From Arenicellales bacterium (GTDB lineage: Bacteria > Pseudomonadota > Gammaproteobacteria > Arenicellales > JBFEOO01), in the NCBI GenBank assembly GCA_041550555.1, contig JBFEOO010000007.1, forward strand, positions 22,598 to 86,597: a stretch of DNA of 64,000 bases, given 5' to 3'. Positions 47,179 to 56,220 of the stretch are shown here, piece by piece (position 1 is the stretch's first letter; each line of letters begins with the position of its first letter). The position numbers and the translations under genes are program-made. The notes under the pieces were generated by a model that was not told the origin of the DNA, made no database searches, and was given only the letters and a program-made list of their open reading frames with translations.

Positions 47179-49212
47179 ATGCGACTCGGCATCGACACCG
47201 GGGGCACCTTTACCGACGCCGTGCTGCTCGACGATGCCGGCGGCGTGCTCGCCACCGCGAAGGCGCCCACGACGCGACACGACCTCGCCATCGGCATCGG
47301 CGACGCGCTGCGCACGCTGCTGGCGCGGCCCACGGCCGCCGATGCGCGTATCGGGCTGGTTGCCGTTTCGACGACCCTGGCCACCAACGCCCTGGTGGAA
47401 GGACACGGCAGCCCCGTGTGCCTCGTCGTGATCGGCCAGGACGCGGACATGCTGAGCCGCGCCCGCCTCGGTTTGGCGCTCGGCGACGACCCGGTCGTGT
47501 TCGTGCGCGGCGGACACGACGCCACGGGCGAGGAGCAGGCTCCTCTCGACGCGGTGCGCGCGGCTCGGGCCATCGCCGAGCACGCGCCGCGGGTATCGGC
47601 CTTCGCGGTTGTTTCGCACTTCTCTGTGCGCAATCCCGAGCACGAGCTGACCGTCAAGCGGCTCGTCCGCGAGGCCACCGGCTTGCCGGTCAGCTGCTCG
47701 CACGAGCTGACGCCGCGCCTCAATGCGCCGCGCCGGGCGCTGACCACGCTGCTCAACGCACGTCTCATCGCGCTGATCCAGCATCTCATCGAAGCACTGC
47801 AGGCAACGTTGCGCGCCCACGCCATCGACGCGCCGCTCATGGTGGTCAAGGGCGATGGCTCGCTGATCGCGGCCGCCACCGCCCTCGAGCGACCCGTCGA
47901 GACGATTCTGTCGGGGCCGGCCGCCAGTCTCGTCGGCGCCCACTACCTGAGCGGACGCGACGACGTGGTGGTTGCAGACGTCGGCGGCACGACCACCGAT
48001 ATCGCCGTGGTGTGCGGCGGGCAGCCGCAGCTCGACGATCACGGTGCGCTGATCGGCGAGTGGCCGACGATGGTACGGGCGGTGGCCGTGCAGTCGTTCG
48101 GCATCGGCGGCGACAGCCAGCTGACGCTCGACCCCGCCGGCACGCTGCAGGTGGGGCCGGAGCGCGCCGTGCCGTTGGCCGCCCTCGCCGAGACCTGGCC
48201 CGGGACGCTCGCCCTGCTGGATGCCGAGCTCGAGCACGGCGCCTCGGCGGTCGCCGGCTTTGCACTGCGCCGGCCGCGCTCCGGCCTCGACGAGGCGACG
48301 CTGTCGGGACCCGAGCGGCGCGTCTGGGATTCCGTGGCGGAGGCACCGACACCTCTCGGCCGGCTGCTGCACGACCCGCGCAACGCGCGGCCGCTCGCGA
48401 GGTTGCGGGCCCGTGGACGGATTCAGGTAGCCGCCTTCACGCCAACCGATGCGGCGCACGTGCTCGGGCTGCAGGCGAGCTGGAGCGTCGCGGCGGCCCG
48501 CGCCGGTGCCGAGATCTGGGTGCGCACCAAACCACAGCTGGCCGGCAGCGATGCCGCCGACTTCTCTCGCCGGGTAATCGATCGCGTCATCGGGCAGTCC
48601 ATGGAAGCATTGCTCGGCACCGTCTTGCGCCATGACGCCGGTGTGGGCGCCGAAGCCCAGGGCGGCCTGCGTGCCCGCAACGATTTCGTCAGTGCGGCGC
48701 TGGCCCAGGCGGCGCGGACCGATTCCCGCGTGGCGATGACGATCGGCCTGCGCTCGCCCGTGGTCGCTGTCGGCGCACCGGCCCACCTCTACTATCCCCA
48801 GATCGCTCGACGGCTGAACACGACGGCGATCGTCCCACCGCACGCTGCCGTCGCCAACGCTGTCGGCGCCGTCGCGGCGCGGGTGATTCAGCGCGTCGCG
48901 GCGTTGATCTCCGCACCGGCCCGCGGATGCTTCCGGGTACACCTGCCGAGCGGCAACGTCGATTTCACCGATCTCGAGCCTGCGGCCGCCCATGCCACCG
49001 AGCACGCCGCGCGCATCGCGGCGCGCACCGCCCGGGCCGCTGGCGCCGTGAGCGTCCGCGTCGACACCACGCGCGCCGATTGCACGGTCGATGTCGGGGG
49101 TGAACGGCTGTTCGTCGAAAGCCGCATCGTCGCTACCGCCACCGGTCAGCCGCACCGGGAAGCCGTCGCGGCGCGGGCGCCCGGCAGCGAGCCGGGCCAT
49201 GCCCTCACGTGA
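47179..49212 (+). CDS. Hydantoinase/oxoprolinase (HyuA-type) family protein
   Basis: MRLGIDTGGTFTDAVLLDD (ASKHA fold start) and VVADVGGTTTDIAVV. 677 aa. No adjacent HyuB-type subunit. Confidence 0.85.
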   Translation: MRLGIDTGGTFTDAVLLDDAGGVLATAKAPTTRHDLAIGIGDALRTLLARPTAADARIGLVAVSTTLATNALVEGHGSPVCLVVIGQDADMLSRARLGLALGDDPVVFVRGGHDATGEEQAPLDAVRAARAIAEHAPRVSAFAVVSHFSVRNPEHELTVKRLVREATGLPVSCSHELTPRLNAPRRALTTLLNARLIALIQHLIEALQATLRAHAIDAPLMVVKGDGSLIAAATALERPVETILSGPAASLVGAHYLSGRDDVVVADVGGTTTDIAVVCGGQPQLDDHGALIGEWPTMVRAVAVQSFGIGGDSQLTLDPAGTLQVGPERAVPLAALAETWPGTLALLDAELEHGASAVAGFALRRPRSGLDEATLSGPERRVWDSVAEAPTPLGRLLHDPRNARPLARLRARGRIQVAAFTPTDAAHVLGLQASWSVAAARAGAEIWVRTKPQLAGSDAADFSRRVIDRVIGQSMEALLGTVLRHDAGVGAEAQGGLRARNDFVSAALAQAARTDSRVAMTIGLRSPVVAVGAPAHLYYPQIARRLNTTAIVPPHAAVANAVGAVAARVIQRVAALISAPARGCFRVHLPSGNVDFTDLEPAAAHATEHAARIAARTARAAGAVSVRVDTTRADCTVDVGGERLFVESRIVATATGQPHREAVAARAPGSEPGHALT

Positions 49213-49370
49213 CAGTGCATCGGGGTTCATGGTAAGAGTCGGCCACGCGGATTCTTGCGTGGGGCGCTGCCATCGCAGCTATACTCGTGTCGAGGGGCGG
49301 CACCGCATGGCGATACACCGGCCGTGTCAGCAGCGCGGCATGACAGCACCCGGACGAACAGGTCGAACAG

Positions 49371-50384
49371 ATGAGCGATGACGCGGTCAATCGGCCGGCT
49401 CTGTACGGATTCCTGCTGGTTCCGGGCTATTCGATGATCGCGTTCTCCTCCGCGGTCGAGCCGCTACGCATGGCGAATCGACTGGGCGGACGCGAGCTAT
49501 ACCGTTGGCGCGTGGCGACGTTGGACGGCGCAGCGGTGGCCGCGAGCAACGGGCTGGTACTGACGCCACACGGTGACGCTGAGAGCGCGCTGCCCGCCGA
49601 CGTGCTGTTTCTCTGCGGCGGCGTCGATGTCGAGCAGGCGGTCGACCCGCATCTGTCCCGCTTCCTGCAACGTGCGGCCCGCAGCGGCACGGCGCTCGGC
49701 GCTCTGTGCACGGGAACCTACCTGCTCGCGCGCGCCGGGCTGCTCAACGGTTACCGTTGCACCATTCACTGGGAGAACATGGCGACGCTGTGCGAGGAGT
49801 TCCCCAGCGCCATCGTCTCCGCCGAGCTGTTCGAAATCGATCGAAGTCGCTACACGTGCTCGGGCGGCACGGCGCCCCTCGACATGATGCTCACCCTCAT
49901 TCGCCATCGCCATGGGGCGGACCTCGCGGCGGCGATCTCCGACGAGTTCATCTGTGAACGAATACGGGGGCGCAACGACCGCCAACGGATTCCACTGCGG
50001 CACTATCTGGGGACCAGCCAGCCGAAGCTGGTCGACGCGGTCTCGCTGATGGAATCCAACATCGAGGAGCCCATCAGTCTCGACGAGCTGGCGAGTCACG
50101 TCGGTCTGTCGCGACGCCAGCTCGAGCGGTTGTTCCAGAAACACCTGCGCTGCGTGCCGACGCGCTACTACCTCGAGCTGCGGCTACGTCGTGCACGCCA
50201 GCTGCTGCTGCAAACCTCGAAGTCCATCGTCGAGATCGCCTTCTCGTGCGGCTTCGTATCCGCGCCGCATTTCAGCAAGTGCTACCGAGACTTCTTCGGC
50301 GTCCCGCCCCGCGACGAACGCCGGCTGCGCAGCGCAGGCCAGGGGTCGAGCACATCCGCCGCGGGCGAGCTGCTCACCCACTGA
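49371..50384 (+). CDS. GlxA-family transcriptional regulator (DJ-1/PfpI-like domain plus AraC HTH)
   Basis: YGFLLVPGYSMIAFSSAVEPLRMANRL, LCTGTYLLARAGLLNGYRCTIHWEN, and C-terminal SLDELASHVGLSRRQLERLF...CGFVSAPHFSKCYRDFFG. Confidence 0.9.
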   Translation: MSDDAVNRPALYGFLLVPGYSMIAFSSAVEPLRMANRLGGRELYRWRVATLDGAAVAASNGLVLTPHGDAESALPADVLFLCGGVDVEQAVDPHLSRFLQRAARSGTALGALCTGTYLLARAGLLNGYRCTIHWENMATLCEEFPSAIVSAELFEIDRSRYTCSGGTAPLDMMLTLIRHRHGADLAAAISDEFICERIRGRNDRQRIPLRHYLGTSQPKLVDAVSLMESNIEEPISLDELASHVGLSRRQLERLFQKHLRCVPTRYYLELRLRRARQLLLQTSKSIVEIAFSCGFVSAPHFSKCYRDFFGVPPRDERRLRSAGQGSSTSAAGELLTH

Positions 50385-50407
50385 GGGCGAGGGGGCACCG
50401 GCGCCGA

Positions 50408-51889
50408 TCACCCCCCGCTCCCGCCAACCCGTCGCAGCAAGCGACCGGGACAACGCCCGGTCCACGCACCTGCGGTCCAGACCGTCTGACCGTTGACCAT
50501 CACCAGATCGATCCCGACAGCGGGCTCACACGGGCGGGCATAGTCAGCGCGATCGATGACGCGCTCGGCGTCGAAAATGACCAGATCGGCATACGCCCCG
50601 ACACGGATCGTGCCGCGCTCCGCGAGGCCGTAGACCGACGCCGTCAACCCGGTCATGCGGTGCACGGCCTGCTCGAGCGAGAACAGGCCGAGCTCGCGGG
50701 CATAGTGGCCCAGCACGCGGGGGAACGTACCCCACAGCCGCGGGTGCGGGAAGCGGTCGTGGGGCAGACCGTCCGATCCGATCATCGCGCGCGGGAACCG
50801 CAGCACGCTCTGCACCTCGTTCTCGTCGAGCATGAAGTAGATAGCGCCTGCCGGCAGCAACCGCTCGATGGCTTGTTCCACCGTGCAACCCCACTCGTGG
50901 CAAATGCCGTCGAGGTCGCGCCCGGCCATCTCGGGGTGCGGTGTCGACCAGCTCATCATGACCCGCTCGGCTCGCGCGACGAACTCCGGCAGCAGCACCG
51001 TCGAGGTCGCGGCGTACGGGTAGACATCGAAGTCGACCTTTTGCCGCCGGGCTGCCGCGTCGATACGCACGAGGGTCTCGCGGGTCTTGCCCCAGTTGTG
51101 CCGCCCGGCCGCCTTGTGATGGGAGATGACGACGGGCACCCCCGCACGGCGGCCAATCTCCAGCGTCTCGTCCACGGACTCCACGAGCCGGTCCCCTTCG
51201 TCACGCATGTGCGTCGCGTAGAGGCCGCCGTGCGCCGCCAGACGCTCGGCGAGCGCGGCGACCTCGTCGGTGGGCGCCGCCGAGGCCGTCGGGTAGGCGA
51301 GACCCGTGCTGAGACCGACGCAACCCGTCTCCAGCGCTTCGTCGAGCAACGCCGCCATGCGCCCGATCTCGGTCCGCGTGGCCGGCGCGCTCAAATCCTC
51401 CATGACGGCCACGCGCAGCGTCGAGTGGCCCACCAGCATGAGCGCGTTGACCGCCGGCGGGGAAGCCTCGACGGCGCGCGCGTACGCGTCCACGCTCGCG
51501 AAGCGATACCAGTGGCGATCGCCAAGCAGCGTCAGCGGCGGCGGCGGATCGCGGCCGACGAGCGGCGCGAGACTGACGCCGCAGTTGCCCGTGACCACGG
51601 TCGTCACACCCTGGCTGATCTTCGGCGACATATCCGGTGTCGACAGCAGCGCACGGTCGTCGTGGGTGTGGGCGTCGATGAACCCCGGCGCGACGATGGC
51701 GCCGCGGGCGTCGATTACACACGCCGGCGCCGGCTGCCCAGCCAGGTCGCCGACCGCCGCGATCCGATCACCTCGCACCAGCACGTCAGCCCGGAAGCGT
51801 TCGCTGCCGCTGCCGTCGATGAGGACGCCGTTGCGAATCAGCGTCGTCTCGGCTTCGGTGGTGGCGTTGCGGTGAGGCGTCTCGTTCAT
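50408..51889 (-). CDS. N-acyl-D-amino-acid deacylase (D-aminoacylase) family amidohydrolase
   Basis: LIRNGVLIDGSG...GAIVAPGFIDAHTHDD. 493 aa. Start overlaps the upstream stop (TGATG). Confidence 0.85.
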   Translation of the reverse strand: MNETPHRNATTEAETTLIRNGVLIDGSGSERFRADVLVRGDRIAAVGDLAGQPAPACVIDARGAIVAPGFIDAHTHDDRALLSTPDMSPKISQGVTTVVTGNCGVSLAPLVGRDPPPPLTLLGDRHWYRFASVDAYARAVEASPPAVNALMLVGHSTLRVAVMEDLSAPATRTEIGRMAALLDEALETGCVGLSTGLAYPTASAAPTDEVAALAERLAAHGGLYATHMRDEGDRLVESVDETLEIGRRAGVPVVISHHKAAGRHNWGKTRETLVRIDAAARRQKVDFDVYPYAATSTVLLPEFVARAERVMMSWSTPHPEMAGRDLDGICHEWGCTVEQAIERLLPAGAIYFMLDENEVQSVLRFPRAMIGSDGLPHDRFPHPRLWGTFPRVLGHYARELGLFSLEQAVHRMTGLTASVYGLAERGTIRVGAYADLVIFDAERVIDRADYARPCEPAVGIDLVMVNGQTVWTAGAWTGRCPGRLLRRVGGSGG

Positions 51890-52278
51890 CAGTCGGTTAA
51901 CTTGACGCCTTCGGCGGCGAGCACCTCGCGGGCGAGTCGAAAGGCGTCGTTACCGACGGGAATGCCACAGTAGACGGCAATCTGGATGAGCGTCTCGCGC
52001 AGCTCATCGAGGGTGCAGCCGTTGCGCAGCGCGCCGCGAAAATGCAGCTTGAACTCCTGCGGTCGATTGAGCGCCGCCAGAATGCAGAGGTTGTTGAGGC
52101 TGCGCTGCCTTTTGTCGAGCACGCCCCGACCCCAGGTGCCTCCCCAGCAGTATTCGGTGAGGATGTTCTGAAAATCGCGATTGAAGTCATCGACATTGCC
52201 GAGTGCACGCTCAACGTATTCTTCACCCAGCACTTCTTTGCGCATCTTGAGACCGATCTCGAACTGAGCTGACGACAT
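51889..52278 (-). CDS. Carboxymuconolactone decarboxylase (CMD) family protein
   Basis: 129 aa. TEYCWGGTWGRGVLDKRQRSLNNLCILAAL and TLDELRETLIQIAVYCGIP are typical of the CMD/PcaC-like family. Confidence 0.85.
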   Translation of the reverse strand: MSSAQFEIGLKMRKEVLGEEYVERALGNVDDFNRDFQNILTEYCWGGTWGRGVLDKRQRSLNNLCILAALNRPQEFKLHFRGALRNGCTLDELRETLIQIAVYCGIPVGNDAFRLAREVLAAEGVKLTD

Positions 52279-52381
52279 TTCTCAGGCTCCTTTGGTCGAA
52301 CCATCGAATGGTGATGACGCCCGGCGGGCGTTCCGCCGCGATGATGCCACATCCGTGGTCACCGTGACGCGTCATCCCGGA

Positions 52382-53386
52382 TTACTCGGCGGTGAGCACC
52401 ACCTTGCCGACGGCGAGCCCGGACTCGAGCCTGCGATGCGCCGCGGCGGCATCATTGAAGGTGAAGCGCTCGGGGTCGATCAGCGGCCTGAGCACCCCCT
52501 CGTCGACGAGTCGGGCAACGTTGCGCAGGATCTTGCCGTGACGAGCGCGGCCGACGTCGTACAACATTGGAATCAACATGAACACGGCGTGCAGTGTCAG
52601 CCCTTTGGTGTGAAGCGCGGTGAGATCGTGCTGACCGGTCGCCAAGATGGTCACGGCGGTGCCGTTGACCCGCGCGGCGTCGAGTGAGCGCTCGAGGTTG
52701 TCTCCTCCCACGGTGTCGAGAACGACGTCGAAGCCGCGTCCGTCCGTGAGGTCGCGCACGTAGTCGGCCACCGTGCTCGCCCGATAATCGATCACCGCAT
52801 CGGCCCCGAGCTCCCGAGCAATCTCCGCCTTGCGCGGCGAGGACACCGTCGTGCACACACGGGCGCCGGCGTGACGTGCGAGCTGTATGCCGACGTGGCC
52901 CACCCCGCCGGCACCGCCGTGGATCAGCACGTTGCAGTCCTTGCCCACCGCGGCACGGTCGACAATCGCCTCCCAGGCGGTGATCGCCACCAGCGGAAGC
53001 GCCGCGGCCTCGGCCATGGACAGCGCGCCGGGCTTGCGGGCGATGAGCCGCGCATCGGCGGTCATATACTGGGCGAGCGCACCGCCGAGATTCGTGCCGG
53101 CCACGGTCTTGAGGCCCCCCGCGCAGCCGTACACCTCATCGCCGAGCGCGACGCCACCGACGCCGTCACCGAGCGCGATCACGGTCCCCGCCACGTCCAT
53201 GTGCAGCACCGCCGGCAGGTCCGGACACATGGCCCGCCCCCCTGCCCGGATCTTGGTGTCCACCGGATTGACGCTGGTGGCGGCCACCTCGATCAACACC
53301 TCGCCCGGGCCGGGCTGCGGCGTGGGCAGCGAGGCTTCCTCGAAGAAGGTCGGCGCACCGTACTCAGTGACGACGTGGGCTTTCAT
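52382..53386 (-). CDS. Zinc-type alcohol dehydrogenase / quinone oxidoreductase family protein
   Basis: MKAHVVTEYGAPTFF...GPGEVLIEVAATSVNPVD and nucleotide loop VLIHGGAGGVGHVGIQLA. SD AGGAG upstream of ATG 53386. Confidence 0.85.
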   Translation of the reverse strand: MKAHVVTEYGAPTFFEEASLPTPQPGPGEVLIEVAATSVNPVDTKIRAGGRAMCPDLPAVLHMDVAGTVIALGDGVGGVALGDEVYGCAGGLKTVAGTNLGGALAQYMTADARLIARKPGALSMAEAAALPLVAITAWEAIVDRAAVGKDCNVLIHGGAGGVGHVGIQLARHAGARVCTTVSSPRKAEIARELGADAVIDYRASTVADYVRDLTDGRGFDVVLDTVGGDNLERSLDAARVNGTAVTILATGQHDLTALHTKGLTLHAVFMLIPMLYDVGRARHGKILRNVARLVDEGVLRPLIDPERFTFNDAAAAHRRLESGLAVGKVVLTAE

Positions 53387-53503
53387 GATGACTCCTGCTG
53401 TGGGCTCGGCCGCACTGTAAACCCTGGACCCGAAACAGGCGAGTGGGGTCGCGTCGTCGTCCACGCCGGGATCGCCGCGTGGTAATCTGTAAGACGATCC
53501 GGC

Positions 53504-54397
53504 ATGACCAAACGGCTCGGGAACTCGGCCATGTTGACAGTTAAACCGCTAGACGCGGCGCTCGGCGCCGAGATCGCCGGCGTGGATGTCGCCGCACCGC
53601 TCGCCGAGGCTGACCGCGAGGCGCTGCGCGCTGCCCTCTACGAGCACTCGCTGGTGGTACTGCGCGGTCAACGTCTGGAGCCGGTCGCGCTCGAGCGGTT
53701 TGCCCGCTGTTTCGGCACGCCCAAGCCCCACATCCTCGACCACCTGCGCCTTCCGCAGTGTCCCTCGATACTGCTGCTTTCGAACATCGTCGAGAACGGC
53801 GCACCGATCGGCGTCTACGACGGCGCGGCATACTGGCACACGGACATGTCCTTCGAGCAGCGGCCGGCCGCTGCGACCGTCGTGCACGCCCTGGAGGTGC
53901 CTGAGACGGGCGGCGAGACGCTGTTCGCCAACATGTTCCGGGCCTACGCGGCCCTCGACGAGGACACCCGGCGTCGCATCGACGGCCTGACCGTCGTACA
54001 TCACTACGGCAACCGCGACGACCTCGACGAGTCTTCGTCCACCTCCGCGTCCGCTCTCAACGAGCGGCAGAAACAGGAGGTGCACAACGTCTTTCATCCG
54101 TTGGTGCTGGCGCACCCGGGCACCGCACGCAAGGCGCTCTACGGCGTTTCGGGCAGCTCTTTCGGCATCGACGGCATGGACGACGGGGAGGCCATCCGCC
54201 TGCTCGACGAGCTCAAGCGCCACGCCACCGGGCCGCGTTTCGTCTACGCCCATCGTTATCGGCAGGGCGATGTGGTGGTCTGGGACAACTTCTCCACGCT
54301 GCACGCCGCCACGCCCATCGCCCCGGCGACCGGGCCGCTCGACAGGCGGATGCTCTACCGTATCAGCGTCGTGCCCGACCACGACATCGCCGCCTGA
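53504..54397 (+). CDS. TauD/TfdA-family Fe(II)/2-oxoglutarate dioxygenase
   Basis: LTVKPLDAALGAEIAGVDV, facial-triad context AAYWHTDMSF, C-terminal VVVWDNFSTLHAA. Start may be 53531. Confidence 0.85.
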   Translation: MTKRLGNSAMLTVKPLDAALGAEIAGVDVAAPLAEADREALRAALYEHSLVVLRGQRLEPVALERFARCFGTPKPHILDHLRLPQCPSILLLSNIVENGAPIGVYDGAAYWHTDMSFEQRPAAATVVHALEVPETGGETLFANMFRAYAALDEDTRRRIDGLTVVHHYGNRDDLDESSSTSASALNERQKQEVHNVFHPLVLAHPGTARKALYGVSGSSFGIDGMDDGEAIRLLDELKRHATGPRFVYAHRYRQGDVVVWDNFSTLHAATPIAPATGPLDRRMLYRISVVPDHDIAA

Positions 54398-54568
54398 GCC
54401 GGGCGCTGGTGGGCCTCCGACAAGACCGCGAACCAGAGGTCGGCTCCCAATCCCACAGCCCAGCCGGGCGCGTCCACCCCGCCCGCCGCCGGCTCGAGCG
54501 TTGCAGCCGGCCCCCCCTCGCCGGCCCGGGACCTCGAGGGTTGCATCCCAGCCCGTTTCTTCGACTCT

Positions 54569-54592
54569 GCGGTCGGCCGCCTGCGTTTTTTT
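54569..54592 (+). terminator. Weak candidate intrinsic terminator after the TauD-like gene
   Basis: Short GC stem (GCGG-tcgg-CCGC) followed after 5 nt by a run of seven T (54586..54592). The stem is short. Confidence 0.3.
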
Positions 54593-54820
54593 CACACATT
54601 GTTCAGGGCTATTGCCCGGCGCGGTCGCGAATGGCGAGGCGCGTTGCAGCGCCGCCAACGGCGCGACGGCAGGGAAGCCGAGGAATCTCTGACGCTTCCC
54701 GGCAACGCTTGCTTTTGCGTGCAATAAGTGGTACCAAAATCACCGTCGCCACGAGGAAAGAGTCGGGGCCAACCCGACCCTCGCGTCGGCGGCGCCAGCA
54801 GCCACAGAGGAGGCGTTCCG

Positions 54821-56140
54821 ATGGAGTTCAATTTTCTGCAGCAGTTCAAAGGGCTTGCCCATGTCAACCTGCGCAATCCCAATCAGGTCGGCAGCGCGTT
54901 GTTTCTCGGCAGCCACATGGGGGAGCGAATCTCTGCGCATGTCGATGAGTTCGCGGCCAAGGCGAAGCTGCCCCGGCGCCACTTCCTGAAGTCGACGCTC
55001 GGCTTCTCGGCCGTGATGCTGGCGGCGAACAAAGCATCGGGCATGACCTTCTTCGAGGTGGACGAGGTTGAAGCCCATGACCCGATGGCCAACGCCGAGT
55101 TCCGCAAAGTAGCTCAGGCGAGCACTGATTTCATCGTCGACGCGCACACACACGTGTGCACCCGACCGGGTCATTACATCCTCGGGGAGAACACCACCGA
55201 GCGCGGCATGTGGTTCGTGGATCTTCTCGACAACCTCGGCAAAGCCATGGGTCTCGAGAACGGCACCCGGGACATGAACGTCGAGAACTACGGCAAGATG
55301 ATTCTCGACGAGAGCGACACGACGGTGGGCATATTCAACCCCTTCGGCTTTCGCGAGGACTATGGCGGCGAGGACATGGTGCCCATCGAGTACCAGGCCG
55401 AGGTGCGCGAACGTTGGCCGGAACGCACCATCATGCTCGGCGGCGGCCTGACGCCGAACCAGGGCCTGCAGGAGACGCTCGATCGCCTGGAGATGTTCGC
55501 CAAGGACTACAAGATTTCCGGGCTCAAGCTCTACACCTTCGACTCGACCCCGAACAAGGGGTGGTGGTTCGACGACGAGAAGGTCGCCTACCCCATCTGG
55601 GAGAAATGTCGTGAGCTGGGCATCAAGAACATCGGCTGTCACAAAGGCGTGCCCTTCGGGCAGTTCTATGCCCGCTACGCGCACTGCGAGGACTTCGATG
55701 CCACGGCGGACGATTTCCTCGACCTGAACTTCATCGCCTACCATTCGGCGTGGCCGTATCACCAGGAGCTCGCGGCGATGAAGGGCTTCAAGCCGCAGCG
55801 CAACAACCTCTATGCGGAGATCGGCACGACCTTTGCGGCCACCGTGAGCAGCCGGCCCATGGAGTGCGCCCACGTGCTCGGCACACTGCTGCGCGACCTC
55901 GGCCCCGACTATGTGATGTGGGGAACGGACTCGCTGCTCTGGTCTGCGCCGCAGTGGCAGATCGACGCCTTCCGCAAGTTCCAGATCCCCGATGAGCTGG
56001 TCGACGGCTACGGGTACCCGAAGATCACCGAAGAAATACGACGCAAGGTCTTCGGCGAGAACGCGGCGCGCATCTGGAACATCGACAAGCAGACGGCGAT
56101 GGCGGCACAGCAGCGCGAGCGCGCGCTGCGCTACGCGTAA
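54821..56140 (+). CDS. Amidohydrolase-2 (metal-dependent TIM-barrel hydrolase) family protein with twin-arginine-like segment
   Basis: HxH motif FIVDAHTHVC. RRHFLKSTLGFSAVMLAANKASG at residues about 51-73. Strong SD GAGGAGG before ATG 54821; an alternative ATG at 54917 would put the RR motif at a normal Tat position. Confidence 0.8.
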   Translation: MEFNFLQQFKGLAHVNLRNPNQVGSALFLGSHMGERISAHVDEFAAKAKLPRRHFLKSTLGFSAVMLAANKASGMTFFEVDEVEAHDPMANAEFRKVAQASTDFIVDAHTHVCTRPGHYILGENTTERGMWFVDLLDNLGKAMGLENGTRDMNVENYGKMILDESDTTVGIFNPFGFREDYGGEDMVPIEYQAEVRERWPERTIMLGGGLTPNQGLQETLDRLEMFAKDYKISGLKLYTFDSTPNKGWWFDDEKVAYPIWEKCRELGIKNIGCHKGVPFGQFYARYAHCEDFDATADDFLDLNFIAYHSAWPYHQELAAMKGFKPQRNNLYAEIGTTFAATVSSRPMECAHVLGTLLRDLGPDYVMWGTDSLLWSAPQWQIDAFRKFQIPDELVDGYGYPKITEEIRRKVFGENAARIWNIDKQTAMAAQQRERALRYA

Positions 56141-56150
56141 CACCGTTCCA

Positions 56151-56195
56151 CCCCACTCGGACCGCGAGCCGCCCGGGCCTGCGGTCCGAGTGGGG
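56151..56195 (+). repeat. Perfect 15-bp inverted repeat (stem-loop) between the amidohydrolase and fmdB-like genes
   Basis: CCCCACTCGGACCGC - 15 nt - GCGGTCCGAGTGGGG, read directly. Starts 10 nt after the stop codon. No T-run follows. Confidence 0.85.
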
Positions 56196-56220
56196 CACCC
56201 TCTGCCACCGGAACGAGCCG

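Noticed and set aside
47152-49230. 692-aa minus-strand ORF, and similar long antisense ORFs (3939..5618, 5557..7065, 7031..8299, 21727..23169, 23057..24955, 54740..56299, 62305..63867)
   Set aside because: Each lies exactly opposite a gene with strong family motifs and has shadow-frame composition. None has a credible SD or a recognisable domain.
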